From: Candidatus Bipolaricaulota bacterium
GTDB lineage: Bacteria > Bipolaricaulota > Bipolaricaulia > UBA7950 > UBA9294
NCBI GenBank assembly: GCA_030670905.1
Contig: DAOVAR010000003.1
Span: 1 to 40,814 of the forward strand
DNA: 40,814 nt
Direction of reading: 5' to 3'
The notes under the pieces are model-generated. The model worked only from the letters and a program-made list of their open reading frames with translations, was not told where the DNA came from and ran no database searches. Both the position numbers and the translations under genes were made by a program. Shown piece after piece: positions 28,481-37,016 of this stretch; positions within the stretch are counted from its first letter, which is position 1, and every line of letters starts with the position of its first letter.

Positions 28481-30114
28481 TGAAAGATGCTGTCTTGATT
28501 GATCCGATCACCCTCGAAGTACTGCGGCACGCTCTTGCCGCTGTGGCAGAAGAGATGAACGCGAACCTGATTCGTACCGCTTACAGCCCCAATATCAAGG
28601 AGCGCCATGATTGTTCCTGCGCCATATTTGACCGACATGGAAAGATGGCAGCACAGGCCGAGTCAATTCCCGTGCACCTTGGAGCAATGCCTTTCTCCGT
28701 TGCGGAGGCTATTCATAGGATTTCGACCTTCCACCCTGGGGACGTCATTGTCCTCAACGATCCCTACTTTGGGGGGGCGCATCTGCCTGACATTACCTTC
28801 ATCGCACCTGTTTTTGTAGAGGGGGAATTGTTCGCCTTTGTCGCTAATCGCGCACACCACGCCGACATCGGTGGAAAGGAGCCAGGGAGTGTGGCCGGAG
28901 ATACTACGGAGATCTATCAGGAAGGGTTGCGTATCCCCCCAATAAGCCTGTGGAGGAAAGGTCATCTTGATCAAGATCTCGTCGATCTTATCTTACTAAA
29001 CGTACGTACTCCCCAGGAACGAATGGGTGACCTACGAGCCCAACATGCGGCTTGTGAGACTGGAATCGAGCGAATGCAGGCTCTGGCCACTCGTTTCGGA
29101 GCCGGTCTATTGAGTAGCGGGATGGAAGCAGTCATGGCCTATTCCGAGCGCCGGATGCGTGCAGAGATTGCCCAACTTCCAAAGGGTACCGCCACCTATG
29201 AAGATTTCCTCGATGGTGATGGAATTACCGACAATCCGATCCGGATTGTCGCCAAGGTGACGATTCGTGGCAAGACCGTGCAAGTTGACTTTACAGGCAC
29301 AGCCCCAGTTACAGCCGGTCCAGTGAATGCAGTCTACGCGGTGACCGCCTCGGCAACATACTTCACGATACGAGCCCTTACTGATCCTGAGATCCCTCCA
29401 AACGCCGGATGCTACCTGCCAATTGAGATCGTTGCACCGTCGAAGACTGTGGTTAATGCCAATCCGCCAGCACCAGTGGTGGGAGGCAATCTAGAGACGT
29501 CACAACGGATCGTTGATGTAATCCTCGGTGCGTTCGCCCAGCTCTGTCCGCGGCGAGTGATCGCTGCCTGTCAGGGGACGATGAATAACCTCACCATTGG
29601 CGGGGTGAGTCCAAGAACTGGTGAGCCCTACACCCTGTATGAGACAATTGCGGGCGGATTTGGGGCACGGCCTAATATGGACGGGGTTGATGGCGTGCAT
29701 TCTCATATGACAAATACATTCAACACACCGGTGGAGGCGCTAGAGACTGCCTACCCTCTTCGTGTCGAACGGTACGAGTTGATTTCAGGGAGTGGTGGCA
29801 AGGGCCGTTACCGTGGCGGGTTGGGGATACGCAGGGATATCACAGTCATCGGTCACACGGCACGCGTTTCGCTGCTCGCCGACCGACGGCAAACACGGCC
29901 CTATGGATTGAATGGTGGTGAGCCTGGAAAAGCGGGAGAAAATGTGCTGATTCGGAGTGGTAAAGAGATACCACTTCCCGGAAAAGGCGCTGTCACGCTG
30001 CACGCAGGGGAAACGGTAAGCCTGCGCACCCCAGGTGGCGGAGGGTACGGGAATGCTGCTAAACGCGACAGAGGGGCCATCGAGCGCGATCGCCGCGAAG
30101 GTAGGATGTGCTAG
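28477..30114 (+). CDS. Hydantoinase B / 5-oxoprolinase family subunit B
   Basis: RTAYSPNIKERHDCS, IPVHLG, NDPY.GG.HLPD, RAHHADIGG, QGTMNN, YETIAGG.GA, HMTNT.NTP.E, TPGGGGYG; ATGA overlap with subunit A. Confidence 0.95.
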   Translation: MMKDAVLIDPITLEVLRHALAAVAEEMNANLIRTAYSPNIKERHDCSCAIFDRHGKMAAQAESIPVHLGAMPFSVAEAIHRISTFHPGDVIVLNDPYFGGAHLPDITFIAPVFVEGELFAFVANRAHHADIGGKEPGSVAGDTTEIYQEGLRIPPISLWRKGHLDQDLVDLILLNVRTPQERMGDLRAQHAACETGIERMQALATRFGAGLLSSGMEAVMAYSERRMRAEIAQLPKGTATYEDFLDGDGITDNPIRIVAKVTIRGKTVQVDFTGTAPVTAGPVNAVYAVTASATYFTIRALTDPEIPPNAGCYLPIEIVAPSKTVVNANPPAPVVGGNLETSQRIVDVILGAFAQLCPRRVIAACQGTMNNLTIGGVSPRTGEPYTLYETIAGGFGARPNMDGVDGVHSHMTNTFNTPVEALETAYPLRVERYELISGSGGKGRYRGGLGIRRDITVIGHTARVSLLADRRQTRPYGLNGGEPGKAGENVLIRSGKEIPLPGKGAVTLHAGETVSLRTPGGGGYGNAAKRDRGAIERDRREGRMC

Positions 30115-30285
30115 ACAGGACTCTCCCTGAATGAACAGGGACGTGATAATCGTCGGCAACGGGCAAGTAGATCACTGGATAAGCCTCTTCCCGCCGGGTT
30201 CAGTCTGGAACGGCAAGACGTATAGGCATACAATTCCGCGGCACGCTTGCTTGACAGACCGTAAATCAAATAAGACAAGGAGAAG

Positions 30286-30690
30286 ATGACAACGTATCGA
30301 ATCGATAATCATACCATTCTCCCCAAGGTGGATGAAGTCTCACAATGAGCTCCATCGAACCAATTGGGGCCCCCAGTGTTGATCATCGGCGGTAGCCGGG
30401 CAGGGATCGAGCTAGGAAGAGCCAAGATCGGGGTATTCCTTTTCAACGACAAGGAATACCTGCAAGGAAAGCTTGTCCTCCAAAAACATCGGTTCTCTTA
30501 GTGGATCGAGCAGGAGCTCGAGAGAAGTCGCCTGTCTTCACGGGGAGCACCCTTTCGGCGTTTACAGCGGGGGGCTTTGCAGGCTCTTGTCAACCACGAT
30601 CTCGTGCGTGCAGCTGAGCGGTTGTTCATCATTGGCAGCAGGAACGTCGGCAGCGTGCCTGCAGCGGTAGCAATGACACAAGCCAAGGAT
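30286..30690 (+). pseudogene. Heavily deleted relic of an FAD-dependent oxidoreductase (2Fe-2S/sarcosine-oxidase-alpha-like)
   Basis: RBS AAGGAG + MTTYRIDNHTILP; then PVLIIGGSRAGIELG...NDKEYLQGKLVLQKHRF*; then in another frame AGAREKSPVFTGSTL..TAGALQALVNHDLVRAAERLFIIGSRNVG. These are degenerate Rossmann and ATGARE motifs in family order. Confidence 0.65.
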
Positions 30691-30736
30691 TCCACGAGGT
30701 CTAGCAACAATATCTTGATGCACGCAGACGCGTTTC

Positions 30737-30768
30737 TTGACAGAAGCCATCAAATATCGTATACGTAA
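30737..30768 (+). promoter_or_regulatory. Promoter of the GntR cluster overlapped by a GntR-type palindrome
   Basis: TTGACA (30737-30742), 17 nt, TATACG (30760-30765); the palindrome CGTATACG (30758-30765) covers the -10 box. Confidence 0.65.
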
Positions 30769-30785
30769 GATTGGAGATTGAAGAT

Positions 30786-31520
30786 ATGCTTGAGCAAGTT
30801 ACTACTGAGACGCTTCAAGAGAAAGCCTATGAAGCTATTAAAGACTCGATCATGAGGAACGATTTCCTTCCAGGTCAGCCGTTATCAGTCGATGAGCTGG
30901 CACGGGATTTAGGCGTGAGCCCCACACCTGTAAGAGAAGCACTAACAAGGCTCAGCGGAGATGGGCTGGTAGAGCGTGCGAGAAATAAGACAGCCTGCGT
31001 TGCTGAAATAACTGAGGATGATGTTCACCAAACGTATGAAGTACGAAAGCTATTAGAACCTTATGCTACAAGTCTAGTAGCCAAGAAAGTCAAATTGGAT
31101 TCTACCCTTAAAGATGATTTGCAGGAACTAGGACGCAAGATTGAAGAAATTCATAAGATAGCTACTAATACGTCTCTTAGTTCCTCTCAATATGAAGAAT
31201 ACTTGCAGATAGACCTGGGAGTAAATGCGGTGATACTGAAGGCATTAGATAATACTCTTTTTAGGAAGCTCCTTAGCTTAGTAAACAATCATTCGAGACG
31301 GGTACGTTCATTTACAGAAGCAATCTCAAAACCCCGCGAAGCTAACATAATACGAATGAACAACGAAGAGCATCTTGCGATCATCAAGACATTAATAGAT
31401 GGGGATTCTGAAATGACTAAAGAAGTAGTACAACAGCATCTTCATAATGTTGAGAATCGCACGGCCCGCGCTATCAAGAATTCTTATGATAAGGTACAGA
31501 ATCAAGCTAAAGGAGGATAA
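30786..31520 (+). CDS. GntR family (FadR/FCD-type) transcriptional regulator; ORF open from 30771
   Basis: AYEAIKDSI....PG..L....LARDLGVSPTPVREAL..L..DGLV; FCD-like C-terminus with EHLAII...QHL. Confidence 0.93.
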   Translation: MLEQVTTETLQEKAYEAIKDSIMRNDFLPGQPLSVDELARDLGVSPTPVREALTRLSGDGLVERARNKTACVAEITEDDVHQTYEVRKLLEPYATSLVAKKVKLDSTLKDDLQELGRKIEEIHKIATNTSLSSSQYEEYLQIDLGVNAVILKALDNTLFRKLLSLVNNHSRRVRSFTEAISKPREANIIRMNNEEHLAIIKTLIDGDSEMTKEVVQQHLHNVENRTARAIKNSYDKVQNQAKGG

Positions 31521-31526
31521 CAGAGT

Positions 31527-32372
31527 ATGGGGTATCGGTTGGAAGAGTTAACATGGTTACAAGCTGAAGACGCGTTGATGGAAACGAAGATGGCTATTGT
31601 CCCTACTGGAAGTATTGAACAACATGGGCCACATTTGCCACTGGGTACGGATTATTTCATTGCGCGCGAGATCGCCAATAGAGTAGGGGAGATCAGCCCA
31701 GTGGTTGTGCTCCCGGCAATACCAATAGGGTTCGCCGATTACCATGCCGACTTCCCTGGAACGCTTTCCGTCTCCCAAGAAACACTAGTTAGGCTATACC
31801 GCGAAGTCTGCTCTTACCTCGTCAAGTATGGAGTTACTCATATCTTGTTCATCAATGGACATGGTGGGAATCTTGAGGCTATCAAGACGGTTATGAGCTC
31901 GCTGCGCGATCAAGATGTGCTTGCTGCAGAGATAAGTTGGTATCTAGTATCAGGGATTTTGGACCGTCGTTGGACTCTGATCGGTCACGGGGATTTCGTA
32001 GAAACCAGTTTGGTGCTTGCCATCAATGAGGGAATAGTAGACCTAAGTAAGGCAAAGACGCCGATTCGGAAGAATTTGAGCGATAATCTCATTTTGTTTG
32101 ACAATGATGAGTGCAGGTTCAGGAATACACCGATACATGTTAGCTTACGTACGAAGGACTACACGGATACCGGGGACATGATTGAGTACTGGCACTCTCC
32201 CGATGTGGACCATAGTGTTCCTCCAACCGAAGCAACGGCTGAGATGGGTAAAGAGATCATCGAAGCATTAACTAAGCATGTCGCAGAGTTCATAACAGAG
32301 TTCAAGTCTGTTACTTTGCCATCTAGAGATAGTCTATATCATAGAGGAAAGGAGGTGACGAAAGGCAGATAG
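31527..32372 (+). CDS. Creatininase family cyclic amide hydrolase
   Basis: PTGSIEQHGPHLPLGTD, H..FPGT.S, NGHGGN, HG...ETS, ATAEMG; RBS AAAGGAGG. Confidence 0.93.
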   Translation: MGYRLEELTWLQAEDALMETKMAIVPTGSIEQHGPHLPLGTDYFIAREIANRVGEISPVVVLPAIPIGFADYHADFPGTLSVSQETLVRLYREVCSYLVKYGVTHILFINGHGGNLEAIKTVMSSLRDQDVLAAEISWYLVSGILDRRWTLIGHGDFVETSLVLAINEGIVDLSKAKTPIRKNLSDNLILFDNDECRFRNTPIHVSLRTKDYTDTGDMIEYWHSPDVDHSVPPTEATAEMGKEIIEALTKHVAEFITEFKSVTLPSRDSLYHRGKEVTKGR

Positions 32373-32449
32373 CAGTAGGTTTCAAGTGGTTTTTGTGAAA
32401 TGTTGGTGTGTTAGCGTGTTAGAAGAAATGCTGTGTTAAGGAGGAGATC

Positions 32450-34003
32450 GTGATAAAGGGCAGATGTTTTTGGGGTCTACTGGTGCTGGTTGCATTTGTG
32501 GGTTTGGTGTTGGTGAGCAGCGGTGCTTTGGCACAAGAAGGTAGAAACGTTTTGGTATACGCAACGAGTAAGGAGCCGAATAACCTCGATCCTCAGGGGC
32601 AGATGGTAAATTCGAACTTCCGACTCATCTATCACATGTATGACGGGCTCTGTGCACTTGGTCCAGATGTTGATGTGGTATATCCACAGCTAGCCACTTC
32701 GTGGGACGTATCAGAGGATGGATTGACTTGGGTATTCCATTTGAGGGATGATGTCTACTTCGAGGACGGGACTCACTTTGACTCTTCGGTAGTAGAATTT
32801 TCCTTTGACCGGATGTTCGGCATAGGTGGAGGACAGGTCTCCTATAACACGTCAATTAAGGAAGTTCGCCCCATTGATACATACACCGTACAGTTCATTT
32901 TGAAAGAGCCTTTTGCGGCGTTTATCTGGGTCCTAGCCTCCATGATGGATAGGATCGTTCCCCCCAGTGTCATGGAACACGAAGTGGACGGTGACTGGGC
33001 GACTGCTTGGCTTTCTGATCACAGCTTGGGAAGCGGTCCCTTCCAACTCAAGTCGTGGGAGAAGGGAGAACGCATTGTTTTGGAGGCCAAGGAAGATTAC
33101 TGGGGCGACCCCCCTAAGATAGACGAGTTCATCGTGCGGACCATTTTGGAGCCGTCCACGATGAAGATGGAACTTCTAGCTGGTACCATCGATATGGCTG
33201 ATGGTATCCTTCCTGAGGACATCTCTGATCTGGAAGCCAATCCGGATATCAACGTGTTCATTGGGCCTGGAATGAGGGTGAACTTTCTATACTTCGACAC
33301 TGCAAAGCCACCATTCGATGATGCTCGAGTGAGGAAAGCAGTGGCCTATGCCATCGATTACGAAGCCATAAATGAGGGTGTTCTTCAAGGAACGGGGGCT
33401 CAAGTTTCAGGACCTGTTCCCTATGGGATGTGGGGTAGAATTGATGAACTTGATACAATGTACCAGCGGAATCTACCCCTGGCACGCCAGCTCTTGAAAG
33501 ACGCCGGATATCCCGATGGATTCGAGGTTACCTTAACGACAGCTCCAAGAGGGAGCTGGCCAGTGATGGCACAAGTGATTCAAAGTAACCTTACAGATAT
33601 TGGGATCAAGACCAGCGTCCAGGTAGTCAGCGTGGCAACATTTTACTCGATGGGTCCGGGGCATCAGGTGCAACTTGGGCTTGACGGCTGGTCTCCTGAT
33701 TATCCCGATCCAGACTCGCACGCTTATTTGCTTTACTACTCCACGTCTACGGAGAATTTCGCCTTCTACAAGAGCGACGAGATTGACCGCCTACTCGACA
33801 AAGGGCGTAGCGTAACAAATCAGGCTGAACGAGAGGTGATTTACAGGCAGTTTCATCAGATGGTGCATGAGTTATGCACGCAGGTCTACGTTACTCAAAC
33901 ACAGTTTGTTCGTCCGATGCAAACTTGGGTCAAGGGATTCTATTTCAACCCAGCCGTTGCAACGCCGTTGACTCCCTTCCACGTAATGTGGGTTGAGAAG
34001 TAG
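32450..34003 (+). CDS. ABC transporter substrate-binding protein, family 5
   Basis: Signal peptide ALA|Q, LDP, LATSWDVSEDGLTWVFHLRDDVYFEDG, GSGPF, PPFDDARVRKA, WSPDYPDPD. Confidence 0.95.
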   Translation: MIKGRCFWGLLVLVAFVGLVLVSSGALAQEGRNVLVYATSKEPNNLDPQGQMVNSNFRLIYHMYDGLCALGPDVDVVYPQLATSWDVSEDGLTWVFHLRDDVYFEDGTHFDSSVVEFSFDRMFGIGGGQVSYNTSIKEVRPIDTYTVQFILKEPFAAFIWVLASMMDRIVPPSVMEHEVDGDWATAWLSDHSLGSGPFQLKSWEKGERIVLEAKEDYWGDPPKIDEFIVRTILEPSTMKMELLAGTIDMADGILPEDISDLEANPDINVFIGPGMRVNFLYFDTAKPPFDDARVRKAVAYAIDYEAINEGVLQGTGAQVSGPVPYGMWGRIDELDTMYQRNLPLARQLLKDAGYPDGFEVTLTTAPRGSWPVMAQVIQSNLTDIGIKTSVQVVSVATFYSMGPGHQVQLGLDGWSPDYPDPDSHAYLLYYSTSTENFAFYKSDEIDRLLDKGRSVTNQAEREVIYRQFHQMVHELCTQVYVTQTQFVRPMQTWVKGFYFNPAVATPLTPFHVMWVEK

Positions 34004-34016
34004 ATCTCAGATTAAG

Positions 34017-34051
34017 AAACCTAGGGGGTGAAATACCCTCTAGGTTTTTTT
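34017..34051 (+). terminator. Rho-independent terminator after the SBP gene
   Basis: AAACCTAGGGGGT-GAAAT-ACCCTCTAGGTTT followed by a T run. Confidence 0.85.
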
Positions 34052-34099
34052 AGCGTGGGTAGCGTAGCATCAACCAGTCCGTTTCAAACGATTCAAGGA

Positions 34100-34884
34100 G
34101 GAGGGTTCATAGACAAACTCGGAGACTGTAGTAAGCAAGATCGACTACTACACGCCCCAGGTACTTGAGAAAATGTGGTAATGAACCTCCCGCGTGAAGT
34201 GCGCTGAGCACGGGGCACGACAGGTTTGCGTTCTATAGGCAGAGGATCGCAGTCGGTTCACGGTACTGTTTGAAGCGGCGGCGATCAGCATGTTATCTGA
34301 GACTATTGTATTAACTATGACAAGGATCATGAGATTGGACATCTTACGGAGGCAGTTAACAAGGTGGGCCACACCGAGCATGCCGCGCTTCGACATCTTA
34401 GAGATGACCGACTGAAGAAGACCAAGTACACCTGGTTGAAGAGTAGCAAGAAGCGAACCTGCAGAGACAATTGAACTATCAGAGTCCTAATCAGCTCAGG
34501 ATTGAAGGTTGGTAGACCCTGGACAATATCAAAGAGGCTGCCTTGAGATTATGGGAGTACCGGTCTGTTGCCTAAGCCAAGAAGTAGTTCAAGCGCTGCT
34601 ACTTCTCTGCCACTCACTCCCACCTGGAGCCAATTATCAAGGTCGCCAGGATGATGAAACGATACCTTGATGGGATCCTCGGTTACCTGCGCAATGATCG
34701 CACAAATGCGTCGACTGAAGACCTCAATTCCAAGATCCAACAGATTAGATACCCTGCTCATGGATACCGAAACAGGGAGAACTTCAGAATGTCTATCCTG
34801 TTCTATTGCGGTGGCCTCGATATGGCCCACGCTAGAGTGGGAATAGCCGTAAATAGAACTCTATCCAAAAAGTGGGTGAACTAG
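34100..34884 (+). mobile_element. Degraded ISL3-family transposase relic
   Basis: Fragments RVKCAEHGARQV.V.*AE.RSRFT.LFEA, LKKTKYTWLK, IKE....WEY....*AKK*FKRCY..ATHSHLEPIIKVARMMKRYLDGIL, TNASTEDLNSKIQ......GYRNRENFR.SILFYCGGLD, with stops, frameshifts and internal deletions. Ends are approximate. Confidence 0.88.
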
Positions 34885-35101
34885 ATGATGGAACACAACC
34901 CGGCCAAAGAAGAATTGACCTATCTTAGTGTGCCAGGCACGTCCAATAGTTGGGGATGATCTGCGAAACCCATACGTGGGGAGAAAGTTGGACTAGGGAG
35001 TGTGCCTCGTGGTAGACTGCGGATACCTAGGAAATGGATCAAAAGCCGATTGTTGCCCCGGGCCAATCTCCAAATGTTGCCAGCAATTAGGGACATAAAG
35101 A

Positions 35102-36109
35102 ATGCTTTCATATATAACTAGGCGTGTCTTGCTAATGATACCGCTTCTGTTTGGCATATCAATCTTGGTCTTCATGCTCACGAATCTGTTACCAGGAGAT
35201 CCCGTTCGGATGCAAGCCGGACTTCATGCCCCAGAGGAAGTGATCCAACAACTCCGAGAGAAATTGGGACTCAACAAGCCTTTATTAGTTCAGTACGGAC
35301 GCTATCTTTCCCGCATTCTTCGCGGGGACCTGGGGATCTCGCTTCGTACAAGACGTCCCGTTCTTGATGACCTAAGGAGACGCTTTCCCGCAACTCTTGA
35401 ACTGACTGCTGTTGCTTTCTTGTTCTCTCTGATAGGTGGTGTTCTGATGGGTACGTTAGCTGCAGTCAAATACGGCCGCCCTATCGATCATATAAGTAGA
35501 TTGATAGCCCTTGGTGGTGTGGCAGTACCTGCCTTCTGGTTGGGGATAATGATGCAACTGGTTTTCTTCTTCTGGCTCCGCCTATTGCCCAGTTCTGGGC
35601 AAATTGGACAGTACATAACTCCCCCTGCTCATGTTACTGGCATGTATGTTTTTGACGCATTAATTACCGGAAACTGGACAGCACTGGGAAGCTCATTAGC
35701 CCATTTGGTAATGCCAGTGGTGGTTCTTTCCCTTGGGGAGTTGGCCTTAATCTCCCGAACAGTTCGGTCGAGCATCCTGGATGTCATGCCTCTAGATTAT
35801 GTTCAGACTGCGAGATCAAAAGGTATTCGCGAACGAACAGTGATTTTCAAACATGTTTTACGCAATGCTCTTATCCCTGTAGTAACTATGTCTGGAATGA
35901 ACCTCGCTGTCTTACTGGGGGGGACAGTTCTGATAGAAACTGTCTTTACTTGGCCGGGTATGGGATTATATGTGACGCAATCGATCCTCGCGTTGGACTT
36001 TCCTGCTGTCACGGGGTTCACTCTCTTAATAGGTGTCATTGTGCAATTCTTGAACCTGTTCGTCGATGTTTCCTATATATTTCTCGACCCACGAATTCGC
36101 TATGGGTAG
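35102..36109 (+). CDS. Peptide/nickel ABC transporter permease (DppB-like)
   Basis: YITRR, PGDPV, LGLNKPLLVQY, RFPATLEL, DYVQTARSKG, HVLRNALIPVVT, DPRIRY. Confidence 0.95.
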   Translation: MLSYITRRVLLMIPLLFGISILVFMLTNLLPGDPVRMQAGLHAPEEVIQQLREKLGLNKPLLVQYGRYLSRILRGDLGISLRTRRPVLDDLRRRFPATLELTAVAFLFSLIGGVLMGTLAAVKYGRPIDHISRLIALGGVAVPAFWLGIMMQLVFFFWLRLLPSSGQIGQYITPPAHVTGMYVFDALITGNWTALGSSLAHLVMPVVVLSLGELALISRTVRSSILDVMPLDYVQTARSKGIRERTVIFKHVLRNALIPVVTMSGMNLAVLLGGTVLIETVFTWPGMGLYVTQSILALDFPAVTGFTLLIGVIVQFLNLFVDVSYIFLDPRIRYG

Positions 36110-36136
36110 GATTTCCACAAGTGTGCGGAGAATAAT

Positions 36137-36979
36137 ATGCAGACTCTAGATTCGCGCGCCATCAGAAGGGCTTTTCGGAATCCAGGGACGATTTTGGGAT
36201 TCTTTCTTGTTGTTTTGTTTGCTTTCTTAGCGATCTTCGCACCTTTCATCGCCACTCATGACCCGCTGGATATTGACGTCCTCGGAAGGTTCCAACCAGT
36301 CTGCAAGACACATTTTATGGGAACAGATGAGCTGGGGCGGGATATCTTTAGCCGCGTCGTCTACGGATCACGCTTAACCCTTCAGGCCGGAGTAAGCATC
36401 GTAGGAATTGCAGCAGTGCTAGGAATTGTCCTTGGTGGGATAGCAGGCTTTTGGGGCGGAATAGTTGAGACGGTCATCATGCGTGTGGTCGACGTCTTCA
36501 TGTCGTTCCCTTCCCTAGTTCTTGCGTTGACGGTGGCTTCGGCTTTGGGACCAAGCCTCAGTCATGCAGTCCTTGCCCTTTCTATGGCGTGGTGGCCCTG
36601 GTATGCTCGTATTACGCGGGGGCAGGTTCTTTCCGTCAAGGAAAGTGTCTACGTGGAAGCAGGAAGAGCTATTGGCGTGCCATCACTTAGACTTCTCTTC
36701 AAACATGTCCTGCCAAATTGTATTTCTCCGGTAGTGGTACTTGCAACTCTTGACTTGGGGTATGCTATCTTGATGATGGCTGGACTAAGCTTTATTGGTG
36801 TTGGTGCTCAACCCCCCAGTCCTGAATGGGGGGCCATGCTAAGCGCGGGGAGAAACTATATTACTACAGCTTGGTGGTATCCTTTGTTCCCAGGGTTAGC
36901 TCTTTCTTTTCTTGTCTTAGGCTTCAATTTACTTGGGGATAGCTTCCGCGATCTATTAGACCCGAAGATGCGTCGGTAG
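36137..36979 (+). CDS. Peptide/nickel ABC transporter permease (DppC-like)
   Basis: HFMGTDELGRDIFSRVVYGSR, YVEAGRAIG, HVLPN, PPSPEWGAML, GDSFRDLLDPK. Confidence 0.95.
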   Translation: MQTLDSRAIRRAFRNPGTILGFFLVVLFAFLAIFAPFIATHDPLDIDVLGRFQPVCKTHFMGTDELGRDIFSRVVYGSRLTLQAGVSIVGIAAVLGIVLGGIAGFWGGIVETVIMRVVDVFMSFPSLVLALTVASALGPSLSHAVLALSMAWWPWYARITRGQVLSVKESVYVEAGRAIGVPSLRLLFKHVLPNCISPVVVLATLDLGYAILMMAGLSFIGVGAQPPSPEWGAMLSAGRNYITTAWWYPLFPGLALSFLVLGFNLLGDSFRDLLDPKMRR

Positions 36980-37016
36980 TTAGATTACAGGACTCAGCTA
37001 AAGGAGGACAGAGCAC

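Noticed and set aside
34928-34950. GTGTGCCAGGCACG as a group II intron 5' end or REP element
   Set aside because: Single short palindrome (GTGCC-A-GGCAC); no domain V, reverse transcriptase or second copy was seen in the window.
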